64,000 bases of DNA from an uncultured candidate division WWE3 bacterium (GTDB lineage: Bacteria > Patescibacteriota > WWE3 > UBA101185 > UBA10185), in the NCBI GenBank assembly GCA_903879985.1, contig CAIRNR010000007.1, positions 5,382 through 69,381 on the forward strand, given 5' to 3'. Of the stretch, positions 31,591 to 42,741 are shown in pieces. The notes beneath the pieces are model-generated. The model was given only the letters and a program-made list of their open reading frames with translations, did not search any database and was not told the DNA's origin. Position numbers and translations under genes: made by a program. Numbering within the stretch: the first letter of the stretch is position 1; every line of letters starts with the position of its first letter.

Positions 31591-32139
31591 TCAGCAGAGT
31601 TCCGTAATTTTCCGACGAAATTCCACAAACGTGATTTCACCCTTATTGAGCCGTGCGAAATCGGGCATATACGAAGGCAAAAGCTCCGGTGGGTCAGCGA
31701 TAATCCCAGAAATCTTGAGAACAAGATCATTTTGATTGCCAACTTTGCAGGTTTTCAGAGCTTTAGACAAGACACGGCGCCGGTACATCATTCCGTTAGC
31801 GATTTTGATTAACGCACTAGGCAATATTTGATCGTCCACGCAACGCACTCCAGGTCTCTGGGGCTTTGTATCAACAACCGGCATGTACCAATAGATTATT
31901 GGGGGCAAGATGCCTTTGTGTGCGTCAATCGGTTTGCTCAATGTGTCACCGTAGGCGTAACAAACCATAAGCGAAATTTCCCGGCGGCGCATTACTTGAA
32001 GCGCTTCCTCAAAGGTATCTGCTGCAACGCTGAAACAGCCTGCATCCTCAAGCGCATCTCTGAAAGCGCTCATGTAATGCCGTGATTGAAAATCACCTAC
32101 ATACAGAATCACCACGGGTGTATGTCCCTTTTTAGCCAT
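31591..32139 (-). CDS. Hypothetical protein (receiver-like N-terminus)
   Basis: SD AAAAGGAG; ILYVGD...LEDAGC.SVAADTFEEALQVM...ISLMV resembles a CheY fold without the phospho-Asp. Confidence 0.6.
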   Translation of the reverse strand: MAKKGHTPVVILYVGDFQSRHYMSAFRDALEDAGCFSVAADTFEEALQVMRRREISLMVCYAYGDTLSKPIDAHKGILPPIIYWYMPVVDTKPQRPGVRCVDDQILPSALIKIANGMMYRRRVLSKALKTCKVGNQNDLVLKISGIIADPPELLPSYMPDFARLNKGEITFVEFRRKITELC

Positions 32140-32176
32140 TACTCACTCCTTTTAGTCTTATGAATGTGAATCAGTT

Positions 32177-32458
32177 TTAGTGTAGCCCTGGAACATCGTT
32201 TAAGATGGTTGCTTTAACTGCATAGTAACCGACATGCTTAAAGCCTTTTATGGTCTTATAATCACTATGCTGTGCCGGCGTTGAAATTTTCCAACATCCT
32301 TCCAGCGAATGTTCCGCGCCATACTTGAACAACGCAACTAAAATCTCCCCTGGTTTAACACGGTTGACTAAATCCTCAAACGTAGTTTCAACTAACGGGA
32401 TACCTTGCTGCGTAGCTACACCATAGGCTTCGTTTCTGCCTAAGTCACCAGAATACAT
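32177..32458 (-). CDS. Hypothetical protein
   Basis: SD AGGAGG; 93 aa. Confidence 0.6.
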   Translation of the reverse strand: MYSGDLGRNEAYGVATQQGIPLVETTFEDLVNRVKPGEILVALFKYGAEHSLEGCWKISTPAQHSDYKTIKGFKHVGYYAVKATILNDVPGLH

Positions 32459-32587
32459 TGTACCCTCCTAATCTATTGTAGTTTATTGAATCTAGGCGAT
32501 TTTAAACTCTTTTGATTTTAATTACAATTACCGCTTTTTGTGTGTTTTTGGTATACTACAGGGTACAAAATACTAAAAGAAGGAGGC

Positions 32588-32857
32588 ATGATGGGTCTGT
32601 TTGATTCACTGGATATGACGTTAACATGGGATTTCCTGGGAGTGAAGGAAATACCAGCAGGAAAAGCATTGATTATTAGCTACAAAAGAACCCTAGGATT
32701 TGATAGAGGTTCTGTCTATGAGGCTAGGATTACAAGCCAGAAAGAACTTGAGTTAAAAATTGAACACATCGGAGAATTCGAAGACACTCTGGATGCGTTA
32801 ATAACTTCAAAGGGCCTCAAGTACCAGGTTTTGGAAATGAGCTGGAAAGATATCTAA
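32588..32857 (+). CDS. Hypothetical protein
   Basis: SD AAGGAGG before ATGATG. Confidence 0.6.
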   Translation: MMGLFDSLDMTLTWDFLGVKEIPAGKALIISYKRTLGFDRGSVYEARITSQKELELKIEHIGEFEDTLDALITSKGLKYQVLEMSWKDI

Positions 32858-32874
32858 GAAATAGGGAGAGAAAA

Positions 32875-33285
32875 ATGAAAAGTAAGTTTGTTCTAGGTTT
32901 AGTAATCGCTGGGCTGATCCTGCTATTAGGAATTATTATAGCAACAACCCTGGCACAGCTAGACGTGGCCAATAATGTAACCGACACTAAGGCCCAAATA
33001 AACGGCATTGCCTATGCAGCCGTCCTGGCGTCGTTCTTGCTGATTCCGTTGATGATTCTGCAATTCGCAAGAAAGCCAAAGATGCAAGCGTATGGGATCA
33101 TTGCATGCTGGGGAATCGTCTTTGGAACTTTCGGTTACCAGTTTCTTGGTATCACAGGCGTGTATTATCAGCTATTGGTTCCAGAAATCGGAAAATTAAT
33201 TATCTTTACAGGCATAGCCCTCTGTTTCGGAAGCTGCTTGTACGGATTAATTGGACATCATTTTCACCGGCTGAACTTCGCCTGA
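32875..33285 (+). CDS. Hypothetical 4-TM membrane protein
   Basis: Four hydrophobic segments; SD; terminator at ~33306-33340. Confidence 0.65.
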   Translation: MKSKFVLGLVIAGLILLLGIIIATTLAQLDVANNVTDTKAQINGIAYAAVLASFLLIPLMILQFARKPKMQAYGIIACWGIVFGTFGYQFLGITGVYYQLLVPEIGKLIIFTGIALCFGSCLYGLIGHHFHRLNFA

Positions 33286-33410
33286 AAATCGATTCCGCAA
33301 CACAAAGCTCTAGTTAATAAAAAACTGGAGCTTTTTCTTTTCCCCTAATTTTTTCTTGCAAAACTACCCTGCTAGCTTATAATACCAACCTGTAGAAGGA
33401 GACGTAACCA

Positions 33411-33809
33411 ATGGAAAGTTTCAGATTTGATGAAAGATTGTGTATTAACTGTGATAGTCCATTACCAGCAGGAGCCGTATTGTTTTGCAAAGTGTGCAAA
33501 CCATCGAGTTATCCGGTAAGACAACGTGATCCGCATGAGCAAGATATTGTGGGTAACCTTAAACACTGCGACATTGCATATATTACGCCCGACACCGTGT
33601 TCCGCCATAAAAACAACAGACTGTATATATTGGACAGCTGCCGCTTTTATTTGGAACCGCATGATGATGCCAAAGTTCGGATTAAACGCCACGGCGGGCT
33701 AGTTTTGATTGATCGCTGTAGCCTTGGAAACTATAACTATCCCTGGCGCAATGGTGAAATGGATGACTGGAATCATATGATTTTGGTTGATTTAGTACAA
33801 TCGTTTTAA
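33411..33809 (+). CDS. Hypothetical protein with N-terminal zinc ribbon
   Basis: CINC...FCKVC; SD AAGGAG. Confidence 0.65.
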   Translation: MESFRFDERLCINCDSPLPAGAVLFCKVCKPSSYPVRQRDPHEQDIVGNLKHCDIAYITPDTVFRHKNNRLYILDSCRFYLEPHDDAKVRIKRHGGLVLIDRCSLGNYNYPWRNGEMDDWNHMILVDLVQSF

Positions 33810-33889
33810 GACCTCTTATTTGTATCCTAAAGATACTTTAGGAGGTTATTTTTTTGATAAAACCACGATTCCGCACAATACCCTATAGT

Positions 33890-33918
33890 TTGACTAATTA
33901 GGCAGAATAACCTATAAT
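33890..33918 (+). promoter_or_regulatory. Sigma70-type promoter
   Basis: TTGACT-N17-TATAAT. Confidence 0.7.
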
Positions 33919-34106
33919 ACAAGGTGTTTCCAAGAAAGCACATTTAAAAAAGAATGTGGTAAGGCTGCGGGTAATTAGTGATTTAGACCACTAAATTGCT
34001 GATTGTCCGCAGTCTTTTGTCCTCATGACTCAAGATCCTAAGGGAGCGTTCCACACGCTTGCGGTGATGTTTTCACAACATGAGTAAGGTGACACAGGAG
34101 GTCACA

Positions 34107-34838
34107 ATGGAAAACAAAGTTATTGAAAAAGGCAACAAAAATGAAGAAGGTATCCAGAACACTGAGATACGGGCCGCTGTGATAGCGAATCGAAAAATGA
34201 TTGAAAAGAAGCTTCGCATTTTTTCGATCATCATGGTTGTATTGGTTGTGCTTGTAATTATTATCATTACACTTGCCAGCGCGTTGAACTCGATAAAATC
34301 AATCACCAACACTAACGGTATGATTGATCGAGCTATTGCTGCAAACAATAACAAGGCCACAATCATGAACTCCCTCGAAGTCGTTAACCTGATCATGGAT
34401 AAACGGGAAAAACGGATGCTGTTCCACATTGAGCAGACCACAGATAAATTCAATATCGAAATGCTGGGATCAAACTTAAAACATTTTAAATATGGCGCCA
34501 CGAACTGTGCAAAAGTTGGCGACTTTACCAGCATGAATGAAACTTCCCAGGAAAACGAATACGTAACCGAAGGCAAAGGCATCTGGATCTCGATTCAACT
34601 TTGCGGAGAAGGATATACTATGGTGGCTAATTCCCAAAACCTGGATCCAACCATAGCACTGCTTTGGATGCCCGAAGAAGCAATGATCGGGGTAACATCC
34701 TTCCGGGATTTTGAATACGCAGTCCGGAAGTACGCAATCGTTTATCATATCAACCAGGAAAGATTATCAATTTTGCTGGATATGGATGTAAACGCGCTAC
34801 CTCCAAATCAATTACTGCCCAAACCCCCAGCCCAATAA
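34107..34838 (+). CDS. Hypothetical single-pass membrane protein
   Basis: SD CAGGAGG before ATG at 34107; one TM; terminator at ~34875-34912. Confidence 0.65.
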   Translation: MENKVIEKGNKNEEGIQNTEIRAAVIANRKMIEKKLRIFSIIMVVLVVLVIIIITLASALNSIKSITNTNGMIDRAIAANNNKATIMNSLEVVNLIMDKREKRMLFHIEQTTDKFNIEMLGSNLKHFKYGATNCAKVGDFTSMNETSQENEYVTEGKGIWISIQLCGEGYTMVANSQNLDPTIALLWMPEEAMIGVTSFRDFEYAVRKYAIVYHINQERLSILLDMDVNALPPNQLLPKPPAQ

Positions 34839-34953
34839 TAACCTGCTGGGGCCATTTTAAAAAAATGTACGAACAAACCCCTTTTGAATAAAAACAAGAG
34901 GGGTTATTTTTTGCGCCAATCAGCGAAAAACACAAAAAACGCGATATTTCTTG

Positions 34954-35775
34954 CTAACCAAATCTCTTTACAGACAAACTAACATCCATAAACTCCTCAA
35001 TCCTCTCCAAAGCTTTAGTTCGTCCTGCAACCGTTCCAAAGTGTCCCCCATTTTCAATAACAGGCACAGCATCGTCTCCCATATCCTTTTTAAACTCCTC
35101 TACTCTGGCGTAATCCACATAAATATCTGAATTTCCAAACACGAATAACGTTGGATAGCGTTCATCCAGTTTTGTCTTTTCCTCGATTATTTTTAAAATC
35201 ACCAATGCTGATTTGTTATCAAACTGCAATAAAGCCTCTAAATCACCTGCGGAAACATTAATCCCAATTCTTTCGCTTAATATTTTTAAAATATCACTGG
35301 CACAAGCTTTTTTATAAATATCGGCAGGTAGCGCATCGCAAACACGTAACCCGATCTTTCCGGTTTCTGTGGCAACGCTATTACAAAAGTTAATTGGTGA
35401 TGACCATAAAGCTGTGGGTACAATTTTTCCTGAATCTGCAAACAACGAAGCGGCTTCCAAAGCTATTAATCCACCAAATGAAAATCCAATAAAACCAAAG
35501 TTATCCAAACCTAGCGCATCAACCAAATCCTTAACATATTGCCCGTACCCAGTAACATTTGTAATTCCATACATTGGAAGATATCCGTGGCCCGGTAAAT
35601 CCAGCAAAATAAAACGATAATCCTCAGGAACTGAATCTAGTAAGTCATTTATAGCGTCTTTGTTACTTGTGGCACCATGTAAAAACACAATAACTTTTTT
35701 ACTGTCACGTCGCCCAATATCGTAATACTGGTATTTTTTGCCTTTTATAACTTTATCTATTTGCTGCAAGATCAT
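34954..35775 (-). CDS. Alpha/beta hydrolase
   Basis: VFLHG, DLPGHG, GFSFGG (GxSxG), D...GGH; start after TATACT. Confidence 0.9.
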   Translation of the reverse strand: MILQQIDKVIKGKKYQYYDIGRRDSKKVIVFLHGATSNKDAINDLLDSVPEDYRFILLDLPGHGYLPMYGITNVTGYGQYVKDLVDALGLDNFGFIGFSFGGLIALEAASLFADSGKIVPTALWSSPINFCNSVATETGKIGLRVCDALPADIYKKACASDILKILSERIGINVSAGDLEALLQFDNKSALVILKIIEEKTKLDERYPTLFVFGNSDIYVDYARVEEFKKDMGDDAVPVIENGGHFGTVAGRTKALERIEEFMDVSLSVKRFG

Positions 35776-35846
35776 AACTAAAGTATAGCGTAGAAAAAAT
35801 AAGGATTCTGTTTTTTGGGCAAAATCCTTATATCTCCCACCTATAC

Positions 35847-36059
35847 TCAAACCTGTCGAAATTCATAGATGTGACTCCATGCTTCATTTGATATAACAAC
35901 AAGCTTACCGGCATATCTTCCTGTATTAATGCCAAAAGCGTTATTGCTAAACTGTTCAAGCACTGTGCCTTCTTCTAATATCAACGTCACACCACAATGA
36001 TCTACCCATAACCAATCGCGTACCTTGAAAACAATCCTTATGTCAACTTGTGTAGGCAT
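35847..36059 (-). CDS. Hypothetical protein
   Basis: SD AAAAAGGAG; 70 aa. Confidence 0.5.
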   Translation of the reverse strand: MPTQVDIRIVFKVRDWLWVDHCGVTLILEEGTVLEQFSNNAFGINTGRYAGKLVVISNEAWSHIYEFRQV

Positions 36060-36143
36060 AAATCATCTCCTTTTTATATTGTTACTATATTATGGATACG
36101 CAGAAATATATACGTCAAGAGTAATTGTCAGTATAATGAATTC

Positions 36144-37232
36144 ATGGATACGCCCACATCCTCAAGTGCTCAGTCTATAGCGGAACAAATCTTATATAAC
36201 GTTTCCGAAGGTATCTTTGCCGTTGATACCAATTACAACATCACTATTTTCAACTCTATTCTCGAAAAAATGCTTGGTCTAAGTAAAGAAAGCGTTATAG
36301 GAAAACCTTTTGATAAGATTATTTCCGTAGAATCAAAAACCAAAGAACCAATAGACCTTAAACAATATTTCTTTAAAACACAAGCTTTGTTTGATGTAAT
36401 TTTAAAAGGTCCCACTCAAAACTACTACGTTAATATTAAGTTCTCAGGTCTAAAGACTGAAACAAATACTGCCGAATGTTTAATAACAATGTCGGACACA
36501 ACAAAAGAAATCTCACTTGATAAAGCAAAAGACGACTTTCTGGCATTGGCCTCTCACGAACTTTTCACACCGCTTACAATTATTAAAAGTTATTTGTGGA
36601 TGTTAAATACTAATCAAGACGGAATCTTAAATGAAAAACAAGCCGAGTATGCTAACAAGGCATATCACAGTACTGAAACTTTAATTTCAATGGTTTCAGA
36701 CATGCTCAATGTTTCGCGACTTGAACAGGGAAGATTAACTTTTAATTGTAAAGCCGGAAAAATAGTTGCTACCGTTCAAGAAGCATTAAAAGGTTTTGAT
36801 ATTAAAGCTAAAGAAAAAAACATTAACTTAAAGTTTGATATCTCACAAATTCACACTGAGTTGGACGCATTTTACGATGAGGAAAAACTTAGAGGTTGTA
36901 TCGTAAATTATTTAGCCAATGCTATTAAGTTTACAAAAGAAGGTGGAGTAACTATAAAAATAGAAACGGATACCGATTTTGTAAAAATCTCTGTAACAGA
37001 TACTGGGGTTGGGGTTTCTGATAAGGATAGGTCAAAACTTTTTTCTAAATTTGGTAAAGGCGAAACATCTTACAACAAAATTGTAGAGTCTGGCGGAAAC
37101 GGATTAGGACTTTATATAGTTAAAATCTACGTTGAAGCAATGGGCGGACAAGTTGGTTATAATTCTGACGGTGATTTTAAGGGAAGTACGTTTTGGTTAA
37201 CTGTACCAAAGCACACAGTTCTGCACGATTAA
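36144..37232 (+). CDS. Soluble PAS-domain sensor histidine kinase
   Basis: PAS N-terminus; ASHELFTPL H-box, NAIKFT, DTGVG, GNGLGL. Confidence 0.92.
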   Translation: MDTPTSSSAQSIAEQILYNVSEGIFAVDTNYNITIFNSILEKMLGLSKESVIGKPFDKIISVESKTKEPIDLKQYFFKTQALFDVILKGPTQNYYVNIKFSGLKTETNTAECLITMSDTTKEISLDKAKDDFLALASHELFTPLTIIKSYLWMLNTNQDGILNEKQAEYANKAYHSTETLISMVSDMLNVSRLEQGRLTFNCKAGKIVATVQEALKGFDIKAKEKNINLKFDISQIHTELDAFYDEEKLRGCIVNYLANAIKFTKEGGVTIKIETDTDFVKISVTDTGVGVSDKDRSKLFSKFGKGETSYNKIVESGGNGLGLYIVKIYVEAMGGQVGYNSDGDFKGSTFWLTVPKHTVLHD

Positions 37233-37239
37233 GTAAAAA

Positions 37240-37605
37240 TTACTTAACTTGTTTTAATTCTTTAATTCTCATTGCAGCTCTACCTACTTTATCTCTTAAG
37301 TAATAGAGTTTAGCTCTTCGAACTTTACCGTGTTTAAGAACTTCAATTTTATCGATATTAGGGGATTTTAAGACGAATATTCTTTCGACACCTACTGAGT
37401 CAGCAGCAATTCTTCGGACTGTGAAAGTCTTGGAAACGTCTGAACCGTGTCTGCAGATAACAATACCTTCAAATGGTTGAATACGTGTGTGGTCACCTTC
37501 AATAATTTTGTAGTGAACTTTAACAGTATCGCCGGCTCTAAAGTCGGGTAATGTTTTTTCTTCTTTAGTTGTTGTTGCGGTTGCGACCGCTTGAGTTTCT
37601 TCCAT
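37240..37605 (-). CDS. rplS: 50S ribosomal protein L19
   Basis: FRAGDTVKV...RIQPFEG...TFTVRR...GVERIF...[12 protein letters not shown]. Confidence 0.98.
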   Translation of the reverse strand: MEETQAVATATTTKEEKTLPDFRAGDTVKVHYKIIEGDHTRIQPFEGIVICRHGSDVSKTFTVRRIAADSVGVERIFVLKSPNIDKIEVLKHGKVRRAKLYYLRDKVGRAAMRIKELKQVK

Positions 37606-37635
37606 AAGCGGAGAAAGAATACCAAATTTATTTGA

Positions 37636-39750
37636 TTATTTCAATGTTTTGCTACTAACTGGCATTTTGACATTTACTTTAATATCTAAAATGTCGTTAT
37701 TTGCTGTTACTGCAACTAAATCACCTTCGACAATTTCGCCAGAAATAAGCTTACTTGAGATCGCGTTGTCTAATTCTTTCTGAACTAAGCGACGTAATGG
37801 CCTTGCGCCGTACTCTTCGTTGTACCCATGTGCGACCATGTAATCTATAGCTTTGTCGTCAACAGAAAGTGAAACACTTTGGTCAGCAAGCATTTTTTCG
37901 GTCTTTTGAACCAATTTTCGAGTGATCTGTTTGATATGATCCATGCTTAAACTGGTAAATATTACGATTTCGTCGATTCTGTTCAAAAATTCAGGCTTAA
38001 AAGAGTCTTTTAATATAGAAAATATTCTTCGATCTATATCTTTTAAAGCTTCTTCCTTAGATTTAGACTGATTACCTTGATCAAACCCTATTTCTTGGCG
38101 TCTCAAGAACTCTGAGCCAACGTTTGAGGTCATAATCATAATAGTGTTCTTAAAGTCCACCGTGCGTCCCTTACTGTCAGTTAGACGCCCATCTTCCATT
38201 ATTTGTAATAAAGCGTTAAAGGTATCTGGATGAGCTTTTTCAACTTCATCCAAAAGTACTATTGAAAATGGTTTACGACGAACTGTATCAGTGAGTTGAC
38301 CGCCTTGGTCGTAACCAATATATCCTGGAGGCGCGCCGATAAGTTTACTCACACTATGCTTTTCCATGTATTCACTCATATCAAGTCGCACAATCATATC
38401 TTCGTTACCATACAAAGCTTCAGCTAAAGCTTTGGCAAGTTCTGTTTTACCTACACCGGTTGGACCTAAGAACAAAAATGTTCCGATTGGTCTTTTTGGA
38501 TCTTTTAAACCTGCGCGAGCGCGGCGAATTGATTCGGACAAAACTTTTAATGCGGTGTCTTGACCAACAATTCGTTGTTTTAAAACCTCTTCCATCTTTA
38601 ATAATCTTTCACGTTCGACGACATTTAGTTTTTCAAGGGGAATTCCTGTAGCTCTTGCTACAACTTTTACAACGTCTTCTTCTTTAACATCAGGAACTTC
38701 TTCAAGTTTTGTTTTTGTCCAAATATCCATTAACTCAGCTTTAACTTTTTCAAGTTCAGCAATTCTATCTTTTGTAGTTACTTTGTCGCTTGCAGATAAA
38801 TCTTTTTGGCGTAATTTATTTTTTAAAGCATCAACTTCATCTTCAACTTGTTTTAAGTTTTCAGGTTCCCGAACTTGGGAAAGTCTAACTAATGCACAAG
38901 CTTCATCAATTAAGTCAATTGCCTTATCTGGTAAAAAACGATCACTTATATAGCGATCACTCATTTTCACGGCGGCTTTTATAGCTTCATCGGTTATTTT
39001 TACATGATGGTGACCTTCGTATCTTTCGCGTAAACCCAAAAGTATAGCGACTGTATCTTCTGTGGTTGGTTCTTCGACCATAATTGTTTGGAATCTTCTT
39101 TCAAGAGCGGCGTCTTTTTCAATATATTTTCTGTATTCATCTATTGTGGTTGCACCTACCATTTGGAATTCACCACGTGAAAGTGCGGGTTTTAAAATGT
39201 TTGCAGCATCTAAAGAACCTTCGGCACCACCGGCTCCGATAACAGTATGAAGCTCGTCGACAAACAAAATTATTTGCCCGTTTGCGTTCATAACCTCGGT
39301 GATAATATCTTTTAAACGACCTTCAAACATTCCACGATGAGATGTTCCGGCAATTACCGATGCCAAATCCAACATGAAAACTCTTTTGCCGCGCAATGGT
39401 TCTGGTACTTGGTTATTAATTATTTTTTGGGCTAAACCTTCAACAATAGCTGTTTTACCAACACCTGGATCTCCTATTAAAACAGGATTATTCTTTGTTC
39501 TTCGGGATAAAATATGGATAACACGTTCAATTTCGTTTTTACGACCAATAACAGGATCGAGCTTTCCTTCTCGAGCCATCTGGGTAAGATCACGACCGAA
39601 TTTATCAAGTTTAGAAGCGGAGTTAGAAGTTTCTTTCATGACTTCTTCGTAACAAACTTCGCACAAGGCCATGTACACTTGCTTTCCTTCGATGATCTGG
39701 TTTATAGGTATTTTAGCAGGACGTTGTCCACATCTGTGACATAAAACCAT
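37636..39750 (-). CDS. clpE: ATP-dependent Clp protease ATPase, ClpE/ClpC-type with N-terminal zinc finger
   Basis: CHRC...CEVC N-terminus; two AAA+ modules ([16 protein letters not shown]); IGF loop. Confidence 0.85.
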   Translation of the reverse strand: MVLCHRCGQRPAKIPINQIIEGKQVYMALCEVCYEEVMKETSNSASKLDKFGRDLTQMAREGKLDPVIGRKNEIERVIHILSRRTKNNPVLIGDPGVGKTAIVEGLAQKIINNQVPEPLRGKRVFMLDLASVIAGTSHRGMFEGRLKDIITEVMNANGQIILFVDELHTVIGAGGAEGSLDAANILKPALSRGEFQMVGATTIDEYRKYIEKDAALERRFQTIMVEEPTTEDTVAILLGLRERYEGHHHVKITDEAIKAAVKMSDRYISDRFLPDKAIDLIDEACALVRLSQVREPENLKQVEDEVDALKNKLRQKDLSASDKVTTKDRIAELEKVKAELMDIWTKTKLEEVPDVKEEDVVKVVARATGIPLEKLNVVERERLLKMEEVLKQRIVGQDTALKVLSESIRRARAGLKDPKRPIGTFLFLGPTGVGKTELAKALAEALYGNEDMIVRLDMSEYMEKHSVSKLIGAPPGYIGYDQGGQLTDTVRRKPFSIVLLDEVEKAHPDTFNALLQIMEDGRLTDSKGRTVDFKNTIMIMTSNVGSEFLRRQEIGFDQGNQSKSKEEALKDIDRRIFSILKDSFKPEFLNRIDEIVIFTSLSMDHIKQITRKLVQKTEKMLADQSVSLSVDDKAIDYMVAHGYNEEYGARPLRRLVQKELDNAISSKLISGEIVEGDLVAVTANNDILDIKVNVKMPVSSKTLK

Positions 39751-39759
39751 AAAAGTATA

Positions 39760-39786
39760 TTAGCACTCTAAGTTTCCGAGTGCAAG
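39760..39786. promoter_or_regulatory. CIRCE element (HrcA operator) upstream of the Clp ATPase
   Basis: TTAGCACTC-N9-GAGTGCAAG versus consensus TTAGCACTC-N9-GAGTGCTAA. Confidence 0.8.
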
Positions 39787-39883
39787 AGTTTGAAATTGTT
39801 TTAGTAGCGTGTTTTGTGAAAATAATATTGTTTTTAGAAAAAAAATGGACGGTAAGTTTTTTTTACCGCCCTTATAAAATGCA

Positions 39884-40366
39884 TCACAGTTTAATTCTTG
39901 ATACCTTATACGTTCCGTCATTGCTAAGGTAGTACTCATAACTGTATGCTGCCGTTTGTGTATCATCTATAGATGAAGTTTCCAGAGCCAGATATCCCAA
40001 ATCGTTGAATTCAAAATATTCAGCACACTTTTGGCCGCTACGATTATCGTAGATTATTTTAGTCAGTCTGCCCTCCTGATTCCAATAGTACCAGCAAATT
40101 GTCCGCTGCTCTTTTTTAGAAAAACTTTGGGCGCGTACCGGACAGGAACCCGTGGTCGATAAAACACCCAAACCTGAAAGCCAGCAATCAATTTTGATTC
40201 GCCACAATTTGCGTTTTGGGTAGTAAACGCTGGCAGAAGGGGTTTCGGGAAACCACATTTTTAAATGGTGAATGTATTCTTGAACAATATATCCCAGTAG
40301 CAACACTAACAAAAAGGCTACCAGGAACCAAAAGGTCCATCCATGCAAAAAATCCGTAAAAGCCAT
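39884..40366 (-). CDS. Hypothetical membrane-anchored protein
   Basis: SD AAGGAGAGG; N-terminal TM. Confidence 0.6.
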   Translation of the reverse strand: MAFTDFLHGWTFWFLVAFLLVLLLGYIVQEYIHHLKMWFPETPSASVYYPKRKLWRIKIDCWLSGLGVLSTTGSCPVRAQSFSKKEQRTICWYYWNQEGRLTKIIYDNRSGQKCAEYFEFNDLGYLALETSSIDDTQTAAYSYEYYLSNDGTYKVSRIKL

Positions 40367-40440
40367 AATATCCTCTCCTTAGTATAGGTTATGTTTCCTG
40401 GAATATACTACAGAATTGAAATAAATGGAAACAAAAAATC

Positions 40441-42313
40441 TTAGTGCTCCCAAACATCTCCAACACAAGGATCGGACTTTACAACAACCTTATGAATAAA
40501 TAACTGTGCAGCTCGAACCATTTCGTCCGACTGAACTTGTGCCCAATAATCAGCTTGATCTTCTCGTACTTCCGAAACTATTTCATCGTGAACAGTAAGA
40601 ATCAATCTGGCATCAACACCTTCTTTTTTCATACGTTCCTGCAAATAAACTAATGCGTACTTAACTGCGTCTGCATTTGTTCCCTGAATTGGGTGGTTTT
40701 TTGCTTCGCGCTCTATAGAAGAAACTTTTTTTCGGTAATCAGGATCATCTTTTTCTACTTTGTGATACCAGCGTTTGCGTCCTGCAGGAGTTTCACTATA
40801 ACCAAGCTGAACTGCGCGCTTTGCAATTCGGTCCAAAAAGGTTTTAACACTTGGATAAGATGCAAAATACTTACTGATATATTCTTCACCTTGTTCTTTA
40901 GTAATAGGCGTTCCTGTTTCGGCAGCGATTCGTCCAGACAAACCCATGGCACCCATTCCATACATCAAACCAAAACCAATTGGTTTGGCAATTTGACGAA
41001 GCTGTGGATATTTCTTTTTAAAATCATCACTGTAAGGAACGTTAAACATTAATGATGCCGTGTATGAGTGAATATCTAATCCTTGGTTTAAAGCGTTTAT
41101 CATTTTTTCGTCTCCACTAAGTTCTGCTAAAATTCTCATTTCAAAACTTGAGTAGTCTGCTGTTACTAATTTATAACCGGGCTGTGGATTAAAACAAGTT
41201 CTAAATGGAGCTTCTGCTGAATTACGCGGAATTTGTTGAAGGTTTGGATTGTTACAAGAAAACCTTCCCGTTGCAGCACCAAGCTGATTATATTCTGGGT
41301 GGAATCTTCCGGTTACAGGATTCATCTTAGCTAATAAACTTTCTCCAAACGCAGACATTAACTTTGCATAACCACGATATTCTCTAAGAATTTTTACAAC
41401 AGGATGACTTACACCTTGTAAAATACCATCACCCGTTGAAGGAACATTTAACTTTAATCTATTATTTAAAAGGTCCATTAACTGAACGTTACTGTTCATA
41501 TTAATAATGTCAGCTTGGTTACCAAACAGATCGATCATATTTGTTTTGTAGTACGGCTTTATAGACTCCTGAAAATCTTTAGCAAGTTGACTTCGCTTAA
41601 CTTCCAAGTTCTTCATTATTTCTCGCCATCTCGCAACATCAATATAAATTCCATTAAGTTCCATTTCTGCAACAACACGTGTGGTCGCAAACTCAAGCTT
41701 GGCAATATTCAAAAAGTTTATGCTTTGATAACTGCTGCAACTGAGCTTCAAATATTGGAAACATTATTAACGTATCAATAGCACCGTACTTTAATTGATC
41801 GTCTGTAAGTCTGGAATTTTTTGACATTGTAATAAAAGTTTCTCGTATTTCCTTACTCATATTGTAATTCGCATACTTCATCGCCAAATCTTTAAGTTTG
41901 TAATATCCGGCACCAAGTCCTGCGTTTAAAATAGATTCGGTCAACATCGTGTCATATAAATTAGCCATTTCTATTCCAGTGGTCATTTTAATTTGCTTAT
42001 AATCAAACTTTCCGTTATGCAAAATTTTAATTATTTGTGGATTTTCCAATAAAGATTTGAAACGTGGGATTTCGCGTAAATTAAGTAGGCGTGCATCAAA
42101 GATCCAAGTTTTATGATCGTTACCAATTTGAATAGTAAGTAACATTGTTTGAAATGGATCAAGTGAATTACTTTCAACGTCAACGCCTAAAGCTTTTTCT
42201 TTTTCCAAATCATCAATAGCTTTGTTTGCTTCTTCAACCGTTGTTATATAAACGTATTCAGGATTTTGTGGGTCAAACTTTAGTTCCTTAACAATTTCTT
42301 TGGTTGGGTCCAT
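40441..42313 (-). CDS. polA: DNA polymerase I, Klenow-like (3'-5' exonuclease + Pol A), split by a 1-nt frameshift at ~41711-41715
   Basis: Exo motifs DVE, HNGKFD, YGAID in 41693-42313; TGRFS..NPNLQQIP, ADYSSFEMR, NHPIQG, VHDE in 40441-41751; span = 624 codons + 1 nt. Confidence 0.9.
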
Positions 42314-42435
42314 GGCTGTATGATATCAGGTTTAGATTAGAGTTACGTGCAACGTTGGTTGGGATTTTGCTTTTACTAGCAATTGTGTTATTTTTGCAGG
42401 AATAGACTAGTCATAACCAAAAAGGAGTGTGAAAA

Positions 42436-42741
42436 ATGTCAGAACTTGGTTACTTACCAAAACGTGGTATTAAAACTTGGATAGTTGCTGTTTTATGGCC
42501 GGTGCTTTTGTTTTTGACGGGAATACTCAGCGGTTGGGGAATGACGTTATCTGCAGCAATTTGCAGGCCAATGGAACATGTGGTTACAAAGGGAATTTTT
42601 GTGGTCGTCACAATTCTCGCCGGGGTATTGAGCTTTGAGTACGCGCAAAGATTGTCCAGCAATAGATTTGTGCAAATCATATACGCTCTACTCTGTCTGT
42701 TCGCGTTTTTTGTGGCATGCTTTGTGCTTAAGTTAAATTGA
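42436..42741 (+). CDS. Hypothetical 3-TM membrane protein
   Basis: SD AAAAGGAG; terminator at ~42761-42796. Confidence 0.6.
   Translation: MSELGYLPKRGIKTWIVAVLWPVLLFLTGILSGWGMTLSAAICRPMEHVVTKGIFVVVTILAGVLSFEYAQRLSSNRFVQIIYALLCLFAFFVACFVLKLN

Noticed and set aside
40441-41751. Independent TTG-started polymerase gene as given in the ORF track
   Set aside because: The N-terminal MKLSCSSYQSINF is off-frame sequence; homology is continuous with the upstream exonuclease ORF after a 1-nt correction.
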